This document shows, piece by piece, positions 28,223-38,269 of a stretch of DNA of 64,000 bases. The translations under genes were made by a program, and so were the position numbers. Each line of letters opens with the position of its first letter. The first letter of the stretch is position 1. Source of the DNA: Candidatus Enterousia sp. (GTDB lineage: Bacteria; Pseudomonadota; Alphaproteobacteria; Rs-D84). The notes under the pieces are model-generated. The model was not told the origin of the DNA, searched no databases, and was given only the letters and a program-made list of their open reading frames with translations. The stretch is taken from positions 5,282-69,281 of the forward strand of contig JAZRIB010000012.1 in the NCBI GenBank assembly GCA_045645065.1. Direction: 5' to 3'.

Positions 28223-30463
28223 TTGGATACTATGGTAAAAGAAATTATCGAAAGAATTGATTCACAACAGTTATCAGATGCGTTGTCTGAACGTTATCTG
28301 TCATACGCGGTCAGTACGATTGTATCCCGTGCGTTGCCGGACGTTCGCGACGGGTTAAAGCCGGTACATCGTCGCATTTTGTATTCTATGTTGCGCCAAA
28401 AATTGTCACCATCTGCGGCATTTAGAAAATGCGCAACGGTGGTTGGGGACGTGTTGGGGCATTATCATCCACATGGGGACGCGTCTGTTTATGATGCAAT
28501 GGTTCGTCTGGCCCAGGATTTTTCTGTGCGTTATCCATTAATTGATGGCCAGGGCAACTTTGGTAACATTGACGGCGACCCCCAGGCTGCATATCGATAC
28601 ACTGAATCCAAGATGACCGATGCCGCCATGTTAATTATGGAAGGGTTGGATGAAAATAGCGTTGATATGATGCCGAACTTTGATGGCACGACGGTGGAGC
28701 CGGTTGTTATGCCGGGGGCGTTTCCAAACTTGCTGGCCAATGGTGGTATGGGAATTGCGGTTGGTATGGCGACGAATATCCCAACGCATAATGTGGCTGA
28801 GGTTTGCGATGCCTTGAACCTGGTGGTCGATAAACCAGATGCCACCACCGCCCAAATTATGAAGAAAATGATTGGGCCTGATTTTCCAACAGGCGGTGTT
28901 TTAATTGATTCATTTGAAACGATTGTCAAAAATTATGATACTGGTCGTGGTGCATTTCGTGTTCGTGCGCGCTGGGAAATCGAAGAATTAGAACGTGGCA
29001 CGTACCAGGTTGTAATCACTGAAATCCCATACGGTATTGTGAAATCTAAATTGGTTGAACAAATCGGGGCGTTAATTGACGGTAAAAAATTGCCACTGGT
29101 TGATGATATTGTCGATGAATCAACAACAGATGTTCGCATTGTTATCACGCCAAAGTCCAAGAATATCCCAGCCGATAAAATGATGGCGCATTTGTTTGCG
29201 CTGACGGACTTGGAATCACGTTTTAATATGAACTTTAACGTGATTGATTCAAATGGTGCACCACGTGTAATGCCAATTGGTGATGTTTTGCGTGAATTTG
29301 TTGCGCACCAAAAAGATGTTTTGCTGCGTCGCACAACGTGGCGACTGAATAATATTGCGCGTCGTCTGGAAATCTTGGGCGGATTGTTGGTTGTGTATTT
29401 GAATTTAGATAGGGTTATTGAAATCATCAGAACCGAAGACGATGCCAAGGCTGTATTGACTGCTGAATTTAACCTGACCGATATTCAGGTAGAGGCAATT
29501 TTAAACACGCGCCTGCGTTCGCTGCGCAAACTGGAAGAAATGGAAATCAAACGCGAAGACGCCGCCCTGCGTGAAGAGCAACGTCAATTACAAGAGTTAA
29601 TGGCCAGTCCAGATATGCAGAACGAGCAATTAAAGGCATGGTTCACAGATATTAAAAAGCGTTATGATAAAAAGACCGCGCTGGGTCGTCGTCGTACGGC
29701 CTGGGCGGAACAAACCGAAGATGTGGTTGTCAACACAGACGAATTTATTGAAAAAGAACCGTTGACGATTATTTTATCAACGATGGGATGGATTCGCGCG
29801 GCTAAGGGGCACTTGGATTTGAATGCGCTGGATATGAAATTCAAAGAAGGTGACGAATTACAATTTGCATTCCACGCAATGTCAACAGATAAAATCAACT
29901 TGTTTGCGTCTGGCGGAAAAATGTTCACGCTGTCCGCGAACGAATTGCCGTCGGCGCGTGGTTTTGGTGAATCTGTGCGTATGATGGCGGATATCGGTGC
30001 CGATGAAACAATCGTTCGTGCATTTGTTCTGGATATGAATGCAAAATATCTGGTTGTAGGGCGGCACGGTGTTGGTTTTATTGTGTCTGGTGAAAATTGC
30101 CTGGCCCAGACCCGCAATGGAAAACAGGTTATGAATGTCGATGCGCGTGATCCTGCGATTATGTGTGTGCGTGTTTCGGGCGATATGGTTGCACTGTCGG
30201 GTTCAAATGATAAATTACTGATATTTGCAACGTCTGAAATCCCAGAAATGTCACGGGGCAAAGGGGTAATCTTGCAAAAATATAATGCCGAACGCACCTA
30301 TGTGTTGGACGTTATGTTCTTTGATGCCTCTGACGGGTTCAGTTGGACCACCGGTCGTGGCACAACACGGCTCGAAGATTGGAAACCATGGGTTGCGCGC
30401 CGTGCGTCCCAGGGTCGTACAATACCGGTTGGATTCCCGCGCAGTGGAAAGTTTGGAAAATAA
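28223..30463 (+). CDS. parC: DNA topoisomerase IV subunit A (type IIA topoisomerase A subunit)
   Basis: [26 protein letters not shown], and active-site AAYRYTE. Length of 746 aa and absence of a GyrA box (QRRGGKG) favour ParC over GyrA. Confidence 0.8.
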   Translation: MDTMVKEIIERIDSQQLSDALSERYLSYAVSTIVSRALPDVRDGLKPVHRRILYSMLRQKLSPSAAFRKCATVVGDVLGHYHPHGDASVYDAMVRLAQDFSVRYPLIDGQGNFGNIDGDPQAAYRYTESKMTDAAMLIMEGLDENSVDMMPNFDGTTVEPVVMPGAFPNLLANGGMGIAVGMATNIPTHNVAEVCDALNLVVDKPDATTAQIMKKMIGPDFPTGGVLIDSFETIVKNYDTGRGAFRVRARWEIEELERGTYQVVITEIPYGIVKSKLVEQIGALIDGKKLPLVDDIVDESTTDVRIVITPKSKNIPADKMMAHLFALTDLESRFNMNFNVIDSNGAPRVMPIGDVLREFVAHQKDVLLRRTTWRLNNIARRLEILGGLLVVYLNLDRVIEIIRTEDDAKAVLTAEFNLTDIQVEAILNTRLRSLRKLEEMEIKREDAALREEQRQLQELMASPDMQNEQLKAWFTDIKKRYDKKTALGRRRTAWAEQTEDVVVNTDEFIEKEPLTIILSTMGWIRAAKGHLDLNALDMKFKEGDELQFAFHAMSTDKINLFASGGKMFTLSANELPSARGFGESVRMMADIGADETIVRAFVLDMNAKYLVVGRHGVGFIVSGENCLAQTRNGKQVMNVDARDPAIMCVRVSGDMVALSGSNDKLLIFATSEIPEMSRGKGVILQKYNAERTYVLDVMFFDASDGFSWTTGRGTTRLEDWKPWVARRASQGRTIPVGFPRSGKFGK

Positions 30464-30468
30464 AAATC

Positions 30469-30497
30469 CCCGCCATTTGGCGGGTATTTTTTTCTTA
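30469..30497 (+). terminator. Intrinsic terminator after parC
   Basis: CCCGCC-attt-GGCGGG followed by a T-run. Confidence 0.7.
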
Positions 30498-30557
30498 TTC
30501 ACTAATAAAAAATATACGTTATAATACGCTTATAACAATCAACAAGGAGAAAAACAT

Positions 30558-30992
30558 ATGTCTATCAAAACATTTGCAATTGGGCTGTGCGCATTGGCGT
30601 TGGCGGCATGCGATATGAATACACAAAACCCAGACATGTTAAAGGGTAAATACTTTGTCGCGAACCAACCGGGTGCGACGGTTGTACTGTCTTTTGCGCC
30701 GGATGAAATGCGCGTTAATGGCAAAGTGGTTAATTTATACAACGGCGCATATACCGCCGATGGCGACAATATTAAATTTGATGGTTTTGCATCAACGATG
30801 ATGATGGGCGAACCAAATGCGATGCAGACAGAAACCGAATATTTCCAATTTATGCCAACGGTTGTATCATACGAACTGGACGGGGAAACATTGGTTTTGA
30901 CATCTGACAATGGTTCAGAAATGGTATTCACAATGGTTGAATCAGATCCATTGGCGACGACGGAAACCGTCACAGAAACCGTGTCGGAATAA
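30558..30992 (+). CDS. META-domain (HslJ-like) lipoprotein
   Basis: Lipobox LALAAC. LSFAPDEMRVNGKVVNLYNGAYTADGDNIKFDGFASTMMMG..YELDGETLVL follows the META pattern. Confidence 0.65.
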   Translation: MSIKTFAIGLCALALAACDMNTQNPDMLKGKYFVANQPGATVVLSFAPDEMRVNGKVVNLYNGAYTADGDNIKFDGFASTMMMGEPNAMQTETEYFQFMPTVVSYELDGETLVLTSDNGSEMVFTMVESDPLATTETVTETVSE

Positions 30993-30996
30993 AAAC

Positions 30997-31025
30997 TTGA
31001 CATGGGGTAAAAATACATGTATAAT
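30997..31025 (+). promoter_or_regulatory. Consensus sigma70 promoter for tRNA-Glu
   Basis: TTGACA, 17-nt spacer, TATAAT, about 30 nt upstream of the tRNA. Confidence 0.6.
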
Positions 31026-31056
31026 TTGCCAGCGTTCGCATGAACACGGCAGTTTT

Positions 31057-31132
31057 GGCCCCATCGTCTAGAGGCCCAGGACACCGCCCTTTCAAGGCGA
31101 GAACACCGGTTCGAATCCGGTTGGGGCTGCCA
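31057..31132 (+). tRNA. tRNA-Glu (anticodon TTC)
   Basis: GGCCCCATCGTCTAGAGGCCCAGGACACCGCCCTTTCAAGGCGAGAACACCGGTTCGAATCCGGTTGGGGCTGCCA. Closely resembles E. coli tRNA-Glu. CCA is encoded. Confidence 0.92.
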
Positions 31133-31144
31133 AAATAAACAAAA

Positions 31145-31165
31145 CCGCATTTTTGCGGTTTTTTC
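31145..31165 (+). terminator. tRNA-Glu terminator hairpin (also the first junction hairpin of the cassette array)
   Basis: CCGCA-tttt-TGCGG plus a T-run. The identical hairpin recurs at 34232..34250. Confidence 0.7.
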
Positions 31166-31242
31166 ATTGGATTTTCAATACTTTCAGCAGTTCGTAAGTT
31201 GGGTATCAAAAATAGACATCGTTTTACCAATTTACGAACTTT
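31161..31242. repeat. Rep-1 copy A
   Basis: ..ttttcaatactttcagcAGTTCGTAAgttgggtatcaaaaa..ccaatTTACGAACTtttt. Internal 9-bp inverted repeat. Ends at the stop codon of the minus-strand cassette gene. Confidence 0.75.
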
Positions 31243-32010
31243 TTATCTTTTTTCAATCTTTTGATAGCCGCGGAATTTGCCAATATCAAATCCACCGCCG
31301 GCACGCATTACATAATTGTAAAATGCCTTTATCGCATCCATTTTTGCCGTCTTGGATTTCGCATTCATACACGCCAACAGTTTATCTGTAAATGTCTTTG
31401 GTGGCATTGCTTGGATATGATATCTTTTTGCAAATTCTGGGTCAGTCAAAATCGGCTCAATCTTACTACGCGGCGGATGTGGCATATTCTTGAAATCATA
31501 GTATGCAGATATCAACGCATCCACCACAGACCAATATTGCATATCAATATGATATCCACGTGCATCTAGCGACAATAACTCATCGTATTTATCCCACAGA
31601 TGATATTTTTTGAAATCCAAAGCATATTTTGAATAAGGTTTTATTGGCTTTTTCAAATCACGAATTGCACGTTGGCGTAATTTTTTTACCTCCCCATTTT
31701 TATCATACAAGACAACCCCATACACAAACATACTTTGGGTGATATAAGCGCGCCCAGCCATTTGCATATCCATATATTCTTGATATTTATAAATCGGATT
31801 GATTGTATATTCCATTAAAAAACCATCAACCCAACAATTAGATTTTTCCTGCCAACCGATATTATCAGATGCCACAATCGTCACATCTATATCCGAAAAC
31901 TTTGTTTGATTGCCTGTGGTATAAGAACCGCACAATAAAGCCCCCTCAAACCATGGCTCGTTGATATATCTTACCAAGAATTTATTTAATGCGATTTCCC
32001 ATTTTTGCAT
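31243..32010 (-). CDS. Nucleotidyltransferase-domain protein (ANT/Lnu-like fold)
   Basis: LLCGSYTTGNQTKFSDIDVTIV, the GS-x10-DxD pol-beta NTase motif. Confidence 0.7.
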   Translation of the reverse strand: MQKWEIALNKFLVRYINEPWFEGALLCGSYTTGNQTKFSDIDVTIVASDNIGWQEKSNCWVDGFLMEYTINPIYKYQEYMDMQMAGRAYITQSMFVYGVVLYDKNGEVKKLRQRAIRDLKKPIKPYSKYALDFKKYHLWDKYDELLSLDARGYHIDMQYWSVVDALISAYYDFKNMPHPPRSKIEPILTDPEFAKRYHIQAMPPKTFTDKLLACMNAKSKTAKMDAIKAFYNYVMRAGGGFDIGKFRGYQKIEKR

Positions 32011-32036
32011 TTTTAACCCTTTTGTTATTTAAAATT

Positions 32037-32138
32037 ATTATATCACAAAATGTGTAAAAATGCCTTAACATCTTTCCCTAACAACAATAACTCACGCATT
32101 TCATCGGTTCGTGAATTGCACAGATGTCCCTGCCAAAA
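32037..32138. repeat. Rep-2 copy 1
   Basis: attatatcacaaaa..tgccttaacatctttccctaacaacaa..gttcgtgaattgcacagatgtccctgccaaaa. Followed by hairpin 32146..32161. Confidence 0.7.
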
Positions 32139-32357
32139 ATAACAAACGACCTTTGGGTCGTTTTTTATTTTTGCCAAACGCACCCCAACCGGATCGGTCA
32201 GAGCAACACAGTTGCGCATGACCAATACGCAGACAAACAATTAGCAAACCTGCAAAAACGGATATGGTTAATAGAGTTTTTGCGTCTAGGTTTGGTTATT
32301 GGTTATCAAGGGGCGATGTTGGGGCTGACAAGAATCAAAACCGACCTTTTGGGTCGG

Positions 32358-32445
32358 TTTTTTCTTTGTTTTCCAATACTTGCGCGAGTTCGTAAATCGG
32401 GTATCAAAAACAGCCACGATTTCACCCATTTACGGACTTTTTACA
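32358..32445. repeat. Rep-1 copy B
   Basis: tttgttttccaatacttgcgcgagttcgtaaatcgggtatcaaaaac..cccatttacggacttttt. Confidence 0.75.
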
Positions 32446-32464
32446 GTTTTTATACCGAACTAGA

Positions 32465-34015
32465 CTATGCAGCGCGCTGATATTCACAACATTTCTGTTG
32501 GTACATGTTTGTATATTTTTGCATACGTAACAAGTTGTATTCACGTTCGCATTTTTCTTTATATGCCTGCGCCCGGATTTTGTTATTAACACATGCTGAC
32601 CAAGTCATTTGTGCTTTGCTTAATTGCTGTTCCAACTTTCTTTTCTTTGGATCATTTGCCGGTGTTCTGGCGTATTCATTTTTGATTCTTTCTTTTTCTG
32701 CTGTGGCGGCTTTTAATCTGTCCACCGCACAATCGTAATCACGAATAGCTTGTTGCAATTTATTCCATGCCTGTTGTATCCGATTACCATATTCAGGACG
32801 AGGCTGACGTGGCTGCTCTGGACGAGATTGTCCCCCACGATTTCTGATGTATCGCGACATAACACTGTACGCCTCGTTTATTTGTTGCATCTTGCGTTTT
32901 GCTGCTTCTTCATTACCCTGGTTTCTGTCTGGGTGCCAGATTTTACACAGTTTACGATATGCCGCTTTTACTTCCTGTTCGGTTGCGTTCAAGGACACAC
33001 CTAAAATGCTTGCTGCCTGTTGCGGCGTCATAACCGCCTTGGCAAACGATTTTATATTCTGGGTATTTTGTTTCGTTTTCTGGGCGGCTTTATATATATC
33101 CTGATAATTTTCTGTTCCTTGCTGGGTACTGCTTTGTGGTTTGCCCTGCTCATCATAGGTTACAGAAGACACAACCTTGCCGTCTTGGTAATTTGTTATT
33201 GTGCACAAATTTCCAGATGGATAATATGTTGTCTGAGACATGGTTTCCAGACTATCGCCTTTCTTAACACGTCTGGTGATACAGGCAACTTTATCGCCAT
33301 TAAAACTTATCTCGTCATATTCACCTAATTGGGCCGATACTTGCAATTTGCCATTTTCGCTGTATTGCGTTATAGAAGCAATGTATGAGGCCGCTTCATC
33401 TTCTTGGTTTTCGGAATGCCACTGACCTGTGCGTTTTGTCTTTTGCTTATACGTGATATGACTGGCCATTTGTCCATTTGGATAGTATTGTTTGGTGTCT
33501 GTTGTCAGCCATTTTTCACGTCCTGGGCCAAACCAGTCCGTCATTTTCACCTTATGTGCAGAAGACACTATGTATCCAGCATCATTGAATGAAATTTCTT
33601 CGATTTCAGTTGTTTTGCCAAAATCATTGTATTCCGACAAATGTTTGATAACAGATCGAACATATCCCGATGGCGCAAAGTTCACAATATCGTTTTTGTT
33701 AGCGTTTATAGTCGCAACAATGTGGCCGTTTTCATCATATTGAGAAATGGCCCTGTTACCCCTAAAATCACGACGTGTAATTGATGCAACGCACCCATTA
33801 TGATATGTTATGTCTTTTTCATTAAAGAAAAAATCGTCCATTTTTTCTTTGAACACAGCCTGACCCTGGGAATCGTATTGAATTAAATATTTATCGAATC
33901 CGATTTTTAATATCTGTGTAGCCAAAGAACCGTCCGGACGGCGTGTTTCAGAAATGATATTTTCTGCTTTGTTGATTGATGATGTTTCAGGAAGATTTGT
34001 TTTTACGTTTGTCAT
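32465..34015 (-). CDS. J-domain protein with N-terminal YD/MORN-like repeats and C-terminal coiled coil
   Basis: AASILGVSLNATEQEVKAAYRKLCKIWHPDRN (HPD tripeptide). Repeats such as QYDENGHIVA, YYPNGQMAS, YSENGKLQ, TYDEQGKP. Confidence 0.7.
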   Translation of the reverse strand: MTNVKTNLPETSSINKAENIISETRRPDGSLATQILKIGFDKYLIQYDSQGQAVFKEKMDDFFFNEKDITYHNGCVASITRRDFRGNRAISQYDENGHIVATINANKNDIVNFAPSGYVRSVIKHLSEYNDFGKTTEIEEISFNDAGYIVSSAHKVKMTDWFGPGREKWLTTDTKQYYPNGQMASHITYKQKTKRTGQWHSENQEDEAASYIASITQYSENGKLQVSAQLGEYDEISFNGDKVACITRRVKKGDSLETMSQTTYYPSGNLCTITNYQDGKVVSSVTYDEQGKPQSSTQQGTENYQDIYKAAQKTKQNTQNIKSFAKAVMTPQQAASILGVSLNATEQEVKAAYRKLCKIWHPDRNQGNEEAAKRKMQQINEAYSVMSRYIRNRGGQSRPEQPRQPRPEYGNRIQQAWNKLQQAIRDYDCAVDRLKAATAEKERIKNEYARTPANDPKKRKLEQQLSKAQMTWSACVNNKIRAQAYKEKCEREYNLLRMQKYTNMYQQKCCEYQRAA

Positions 34016-34138
34016 GATAGCACCTCTTGGTTATGCTGTTCATGATACGGCTTACTCTCCGTATCATGTATATATAGCACAACAATCGTGTTTGTCAAGT
34101 TATATTATAATAAATTTATACGTTTTTTATAAAGACTT

Positions 34139-34220
34139 CAAAAACGCCTTAACGTCTCTCCCAAACATCAACAAATCATGAATAAACCTTGTTCGTGAAT
34201 TGCACGAGACGCCCTGCCAG
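34139..34220. repeat. Rep-2 copy 2
   Basis: cgccttaacgtctctcccaaacatcaacaaatcatgaataaaccttgttcgtgaattgcacgagacgccctgccag. Confidence 0.7.
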
Positions 34221-34245
34221 AATAGAAAAAACCGCATTTTTGCGG

Positions 34246-34330
34246 TTTTTTCTTTGTTTTCCAATACTTGCGCGAGTTCGTAAGTCGGGTATCAAAAACC
34301 AATATCGCTTTGCAGATGTATGAATTTTTT
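34246..34330. repeat. Rep-1 copy C (3' half degenerate)
   Basis: tttgttttccaatacttgcgcgagttcgtaagtcgggtatcaaaaacc.. Confidence 0.7.
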
Positions 34331-34813
34331 TTATCTGTGTTTATAACGTGTAAAAGGTGTGGCCAAATAACTATATTGTCTGGAAATATCTTGATATGTT
34401 GTTCCTTCGCTCACATAAATTACACCACCAACGTCTGTCAATGTAATAGATATAATTTTGTTTGCCCGTTTTGCAGATGCAATCGCAATAGCAGAAATCA
34501 TTTCTAGTGTCGATCGGTCCGCAATGAATCTGATATCTTTTTTTTGTAATACTTTTAAATATTCTGTTTTTGCTGAACTTACTTCGTGTAAAACTTGTTC
34601 TATACGACTGGACAAATTAATTGGCAAGAAAAACATATTATCATAATTTATAAAACCATCTTTGCCATTCTCCGAATTCAAAAAGAAAGCAATACAGTAT
34701 TTAATATATTCTGTGGCATTTCTATCATCTTTTATAAAAAAATAATGTTTTCCTTCTTCTGTGACAAAATGCGAAACAGGTATAGGGTGTTTGAACTCTT
34801 TAATTTTTGGCAT
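34331..34813 (-). CDS. Hypothetical protein
   Basis: 160-aa cassette ORF with no motif. Confidence 0.45.
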   Translation of the reverse strand: MPKIKEFKHPIPVSHFVTEEGKHYFFIKDDRNATEYIKYCIAFFLNSENGKDGFINYDNMFFLPINLSSRIEQVLHEVSSAKTEYLKVLQKKDIRFIADRSTLEMISAIAIASAKRANKIISITLTDVGGVIYVSEGTTYQDISRQYSYLATPFTRYKHR

Positions 34814-34958
34814 TTTTTACGCCTTTATATGTCATATTTATCGTTATTATATTATGCTTTGTAATAAAGTCAATATGATCATACTATTCGTATTTATTCA
34901 AAAATTTTTTATTTCTTTCCCGAACGACAATAAAATCTATTTGTTGCAATATTTATAA

Positions 34959-35555
34959 TCACTCTGGCAAGTCGTTCGTTGAATTAAACAATACGGTTTG
35001 CATGCCTAAAGTTTTCGCAGATTGTATGTTTTTAGGGTCATCATCTATCAAACAAATTTCAGAAAAGGGGACTTTCAGTTTTTGTTGTATTTTTATAAAA
35101 AACACAGGGTCTGGTTTTGATGTTCCGATGTTGGAAGATATAAAAATATTTTCAAAAAACTCGTGTAATTCAGGTATGTGTTCCCAAATATATTTCATAC
35201 GAACATTTGGTTGGTTAGAAGCAATATGAAAATGGTTTTCTGGATTATGATGTTTGCGTATCCAATCTAAAACATCTGGATTGATTCGCGAATCTCGGGA
35301 CAACCAATATTCCAAAAATTCTTCCGCTGTTATTTTTAAATTATGTTTTTGCAAGAAAGTATTAACGTATGGCCGTAAATCATCATTGGTTAGCAACATA
35401 GTTAAAAATGGTTCACAAAATAAATCTTTTAAAATTCTTGGGGATTGTCCAAAATCGTTTTTAAAATTCTGTGACCAATAGAAGTTTACGTTGTTATCTT
35501 TATCAAAAAAGAAAGTTGTTAATAAAGTATTATCCAAATCTATTAAATAATGCAT
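34959..35555 (-). CDS. HAD-superfamily hydrolase, paralog of 496..1095
   Basis: Start moved to MHYLIDLDNTLL (ATG 35555). LIDDD near the C-terminus. A TTGAAA-18-TATAAT promoter lies just upstream. Confidence 0.7.
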   Translation of the reverse strand: MHYLIDLDNTLLTTFFFDKDNNVNFYWSQNFKNDFGQSPRILKDLFCEPFLTMLLTNDDLRPYVNTFLQKHNLKITAEEFLEYWLSRDSRINPDVLDWIRKHHNPENHFHIASNQPNVRMKYIWEHIPELHEFFENIFISSNIGTSKPDPVFFIKIQQKLKVPFSEICLIDDDPKNIQSAKTLGMQTVLFNSTNDLPE

Positions 35556-35616
35556 AGCGGTGCTCTTTTTGTTATTCATTATACCGCAATATACCATGAT
35601 TTTTCAATAAGTACAT

Positions 35617-35699
35617 CAAAAACACTTTAACATCTTTCCCAAACCACAACAAATCATGAACAAACTCTGTTCGCAAATTGCACGAGACGCCCTGCCAAA
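35617..35699. repeat. Rep-2 copy 3
   Basis: cactttaacatctttcccaaaccacaacaaatcatgaacaaactctgttcgcaaattgcacgagacgccctgccaaa. Followed by hairpin 35708..35725. Confidence 0.7.
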
Positions 35700-35731
35700 T
35701 CTGATTTTCCGTCCGTTTGGGCGGATTTTTA

Positions 35732-35830
35732 TTGAAAAAAATTGCGTTTTATGATATAATAAACACATTCAGCGGACGACATTGGTCGTCTATTTTTATT
35801 ACCCGCCACGTGCGGGTATTTTTTTTACCA
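35732..35830 (+). promoter_or_regulatory. Extended -10 promoter plus leader with two hairpin/T-run elements upstream of the GH108 gene
   Basis: TTGAAA (35732-37), 17-nt spacer, TGaTATAAT (to 35760). Then GGACGAC-attg-GTCGTC plus Ts, and TACCCGC-cacgt-GCGGGTA plus T9. Confidence 0.5.
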
Positions 35831-35841
35831 AAGGATTAAAT

Positions 35842-36906
35842 ATGTCAATCAAAGAATACACATCTATGCGAACCAAAGATTGGGTTCAGGCCGCAGGCAC
35901 ACTGGCCAACATATACGCAAAATTAAAAGGACAACAAGGCACTAATAATGGTCGTGATTCAACCGAACAATGCGATGGAATCGTTCAAGTGTCCGGATAC
36001 ACACGTGCCGATGGTACCGAAGTTGCACCATACGAGCGTATTTGCCCATATCACTATAACGGACAAAAACCAGAAAATAAGGATAAAAAAGAAGATAAGA
36101 ATAAAGAAAAAGATTTTAGCCTGAATGGTACAGTGTCATCGAGTGAAACAACAAATGATGACGATGTTATAAAACTGAAAAAGAACCTGTATAAAATGAA
36201 TTACTATAAGCCCAACGAGCGTAGCGAGCCTGACGGGCAGTTTCACAAATATGCAAATACAGAACTGATTACAGCGATTAAGGATTTTCAACGCGATAAC
36301 AATTTACCCGAAACCGGGCGAATATCATCGGGCGACGAAACAGAACGTGTGTTGAATAAAATCTTACGGCAAACATATCCATATAACAGAAACTTTGAAC
36401 GCGCATATAATAAATTACAAGAACCCGAAGGGGACTATACAGATGGCAAAGACCAAGTTCGAGATGAACCGACTAATATGGGCATAAAACAAAGCACGCT
36501 GGACAGATACGCTAACAAGCATCCAGACAAAAATTTCCCAGCAGATGTAAAATATCTAACCGCCACACAGGCCAAAGAAATCTATCGGCATGAATATTGG
36601 GATAATACAAAAATCCCAGAAATCAAAAACGACAGAATACGCGATGCGGTTTTCGATATGAATGTAATGGGACAATACAATGCAGGAAAAGTTGTTCAAC
36701 GCACATTGAATGCATACAGTGATACAAACTTAGTCGTTGATGGCATTATTGGGTCAAAAACAATATCTGAGCTAAATAGTATCCCAAGCAATAAAATTAA
36801 CGAGTTTATGAAAATTCTAATTGAGCAACGTATGAATAATTTACGAGGTATGACAAACTGGTCAACATCTAAAAACGGATGGACCAAGCGGACAAAAGCA
36901 TATTAG
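35842..36906 (+). CDS. Peptidoglycan hydrolase: PG_binding_1 + glycoside hydrolase 108 + PG_binding_3
   Basis: Start moved to MSIKEY. ITAIKDFQRDNNLPETG (PGB1), EGDYTDG..DEPTNMGI (GH108 catalytic block), VVDGIIGSKT (PGB3). Confidence 0.75.
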   Translation: MSIKEYTSMRTKDWVQAAGTLANIYAKLKGQQGTNNGRDSTEQCDGIVQVSGYTRADGTEVAPYERICPYHYNGQKPENKDKKEDKNKEKDFSLNGTVSSSETTNDDDVIKLKKNLYKMNYYKPNERSEPDGQFHKYANTELITAIKDFQRDNNLPETGRISSGDETERVLNKILRQTYPYNRNFERAYNKLQEPEGDYTDGKDQVRDEPTNMGIKQSTLDRYANKHPDKNFPADVKYLTATQAKEIYRHEYWDNTKIPEIKNDRIRDAVFDMNVMGQYNAGKVVQRTLNAYSDTNLVVDGIIGSKTISELNSIPSNKINEFMKILIEQRMNNLRGMTNWSTSKNGWTKRTKAY

Positions 36907-37277
36907 TTTTTGACTGGTGGCATAGCATTCAAAACATCAACCGCCCCAGGTATTTTATATATCTCTGAGCAACCTGCCATCAGTCCGACATTTTTACCGT
37001 CTACATATGTATATGCAATATCCACAGGAGCATCATTTATATAAATTTCATAAATATCTTCGCCAGGTTGCATAAAAGAGATTTTCTGAACGGTATTCAA
37101 CTTTGCTGTTGCATCATCACACAAGGGACAATATGCAATGTATTCGGTTGTGTTCAACAGGATATCGTATGCTTTATCAAATGCATTTTTATCAAGATAT
37201 GCGCATAAATCTGCTTTTCCTGACAATGGAAAAAACAACAAGATAAACAATGTAAAAAAAATATAATTTTTTTTCAT
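36903..37277 (-). CDS. Small secreted protein (signal peptide), unknown
   Basis: MKKNYIFFTLFILLFFPLSGKA signal. Convergent with the GH108 gene and overlapping its stop. Confidence 0.5.
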   Translation of the reverse strand: MKKNYIFFTLFILLFFPLSGKADLCAYLDKNAFDKAYDILLNTTEYIAYCPLCDDATAKLNTVQKISFMQPGEDIYEIYINDAPVDIAYTYVDGKNVGLMAGCSEIYKIPGAVDVLNAMPPVKN

Positions 37278-37291
37278 GCTTTGTAGTCATA

Positions 37292-37738
37292 TTGTACCAA
37301 TATACAAACAAAAATCAAGTTGCAGTATTTGATGGCAAGAAATTTACACTGTATGAAAATGACAAACCGATTATGTCATGGGATGCGGTGTCTGGCGCCA
37401 AGGGGTATCAAAGCCCAGAATATCAATATGTAAAAAAGAAAGGTACGATTCCAGAGGGCACATACGTTGCGAGACAATCAGGTTTGCAACACTACGATGA
37501 TTATAGCTTTGTAAAAAAACTCGCAAACTGGAAAGGAGGCCCCTCAGATTGGGGGAGGCATCGAGTATGGCTAGAGCCTGCAAGAAGCACCATCCTAAAA
37601 GGAAGAGACGGATTTTCAATTCATGGAGGAAAAGAATTTGGCTCTGCAGGATGTATCGACCTTGAAAAAAAGATTGATGATTTTACTAAATGGTTTGAAA
37701 ATAATAATAAGGATGTTATACTGCACGTAAGATATTAA
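37292..37738 (+). CDS. L,D-transpeptidase-fold toxin, DUF2778/Tlde1-like
   Basis: GRDGFSIHGGKEFGSAGCIDL matches the YkuD-type H..S.GC catalytic motif. TTG start only 14 nt from the divergent gene, so the 5' end is uncertain. Confidence 0.65.
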   Translation: MYQYTNKNQVAVFDGKKFTLYENDKPIMSWDAVSGAKGYQSPEYQYVKKKGTIPEGTYVARQSGLQHYDDYSFVKKLANWKGGPSDWGRHRVWLEPARSTILKGRDGFSIHGGKEFGSAGCIDLEKKIDDFTKWFENNNKDVILHVRY

Positions 37739-37740
37739 GA

Positions 37741-38073
37741 ATGAATAAATACACCAAATCTATATTCTATATCACACTGGCAATAATTACCGCTTGGAAT
37801 ATTTATATTTCAAGCGGTATTACGGAGCTAATATATGAAACAGCAATGTATGATTGCGGAGACGGTTGCCGTTGGGGTGCAGAATCTATGGGGTGGCTTT
37901 GGGCTAATCCATTCACATTTTTTATCTCTTTAGGGTTATTAGATGGAATATTTATCTGTATTACTATAATCGGCTTGTATAATACAATAAAGCGAAGATA
38001 CCGCAAGGCGTTTTACTATCTTATACTGCCGACAATTATTGGATTAATGTTTGTACGCATATTATCTTGGTAA
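37741..38073 (+). CDS. Multi-TM small protein, candidate cognate immunity protein 1
   Basis: Starts 3 nt after the toxin stop. Three hydrophobic segments and an IKRRYRKAFYYLILP motif shared loosely with 38266.. and 38787.. Confidence 0.5.
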   Translation: MNKYTKSIFYITLAIITAWNIYISSGITELIYETAMYDCGDGCRWGAESMGWLWANPFTFFISLGLLDGIFICITIIGLYNTIKRRYRKAFYYLILPTIIGLMFVRILSW

Positions 38074-38090
38074 CCATCATTATCATCTAG

Positions 38091-38269
38091 ACAAAACACC
38101 TGACATGGTTGGAGCCATCAAAAGAAACCAATACATATAGCCGTGATGATTTTAGTATTGGTGGCCAGGTTCCGCCGGTTGTATTGATTTGACAGAAAAT
38201 ATGGCAGATTTTACACAGTGGCTAAAAAAACATGGACAAGATTTGATTGTCAAAGTATCATACAGATGA
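38091..38269 (+). pseudogene. Orphan 3' fragment of a Tlde1-like toxin gene (frameshifted, catalytic His lost)
   Basis: Own translation: ..WLEPSKETNTYSRDDFSIGG.. then a +1 shift to GSAGCIDLTENMADFTQWLKKHGQDLIVKVSYR*. Aligns to residues ~95-148 of 37292..37738. Confidence 0.7.

Noticed and set aside
28531-30297. Long antisense ORFs inside parC (28531..28929, 28933..29448, 29662..30297)
   Set aside because: These are shadow ORFs opposite a strongly supported type IIA topoisomerase gene. They are low-complexity Ser/Ile/Arg-rich translations with no RBS.
30539-31230. ORFs 30539..31150 (-) and 30970..31230 (-) spanning the META gene, tRNA-Glu and its terminator
   Set aside because: They run through a tRNA gene and its promoter on the opposite strand of a supported lipoprotein gene.
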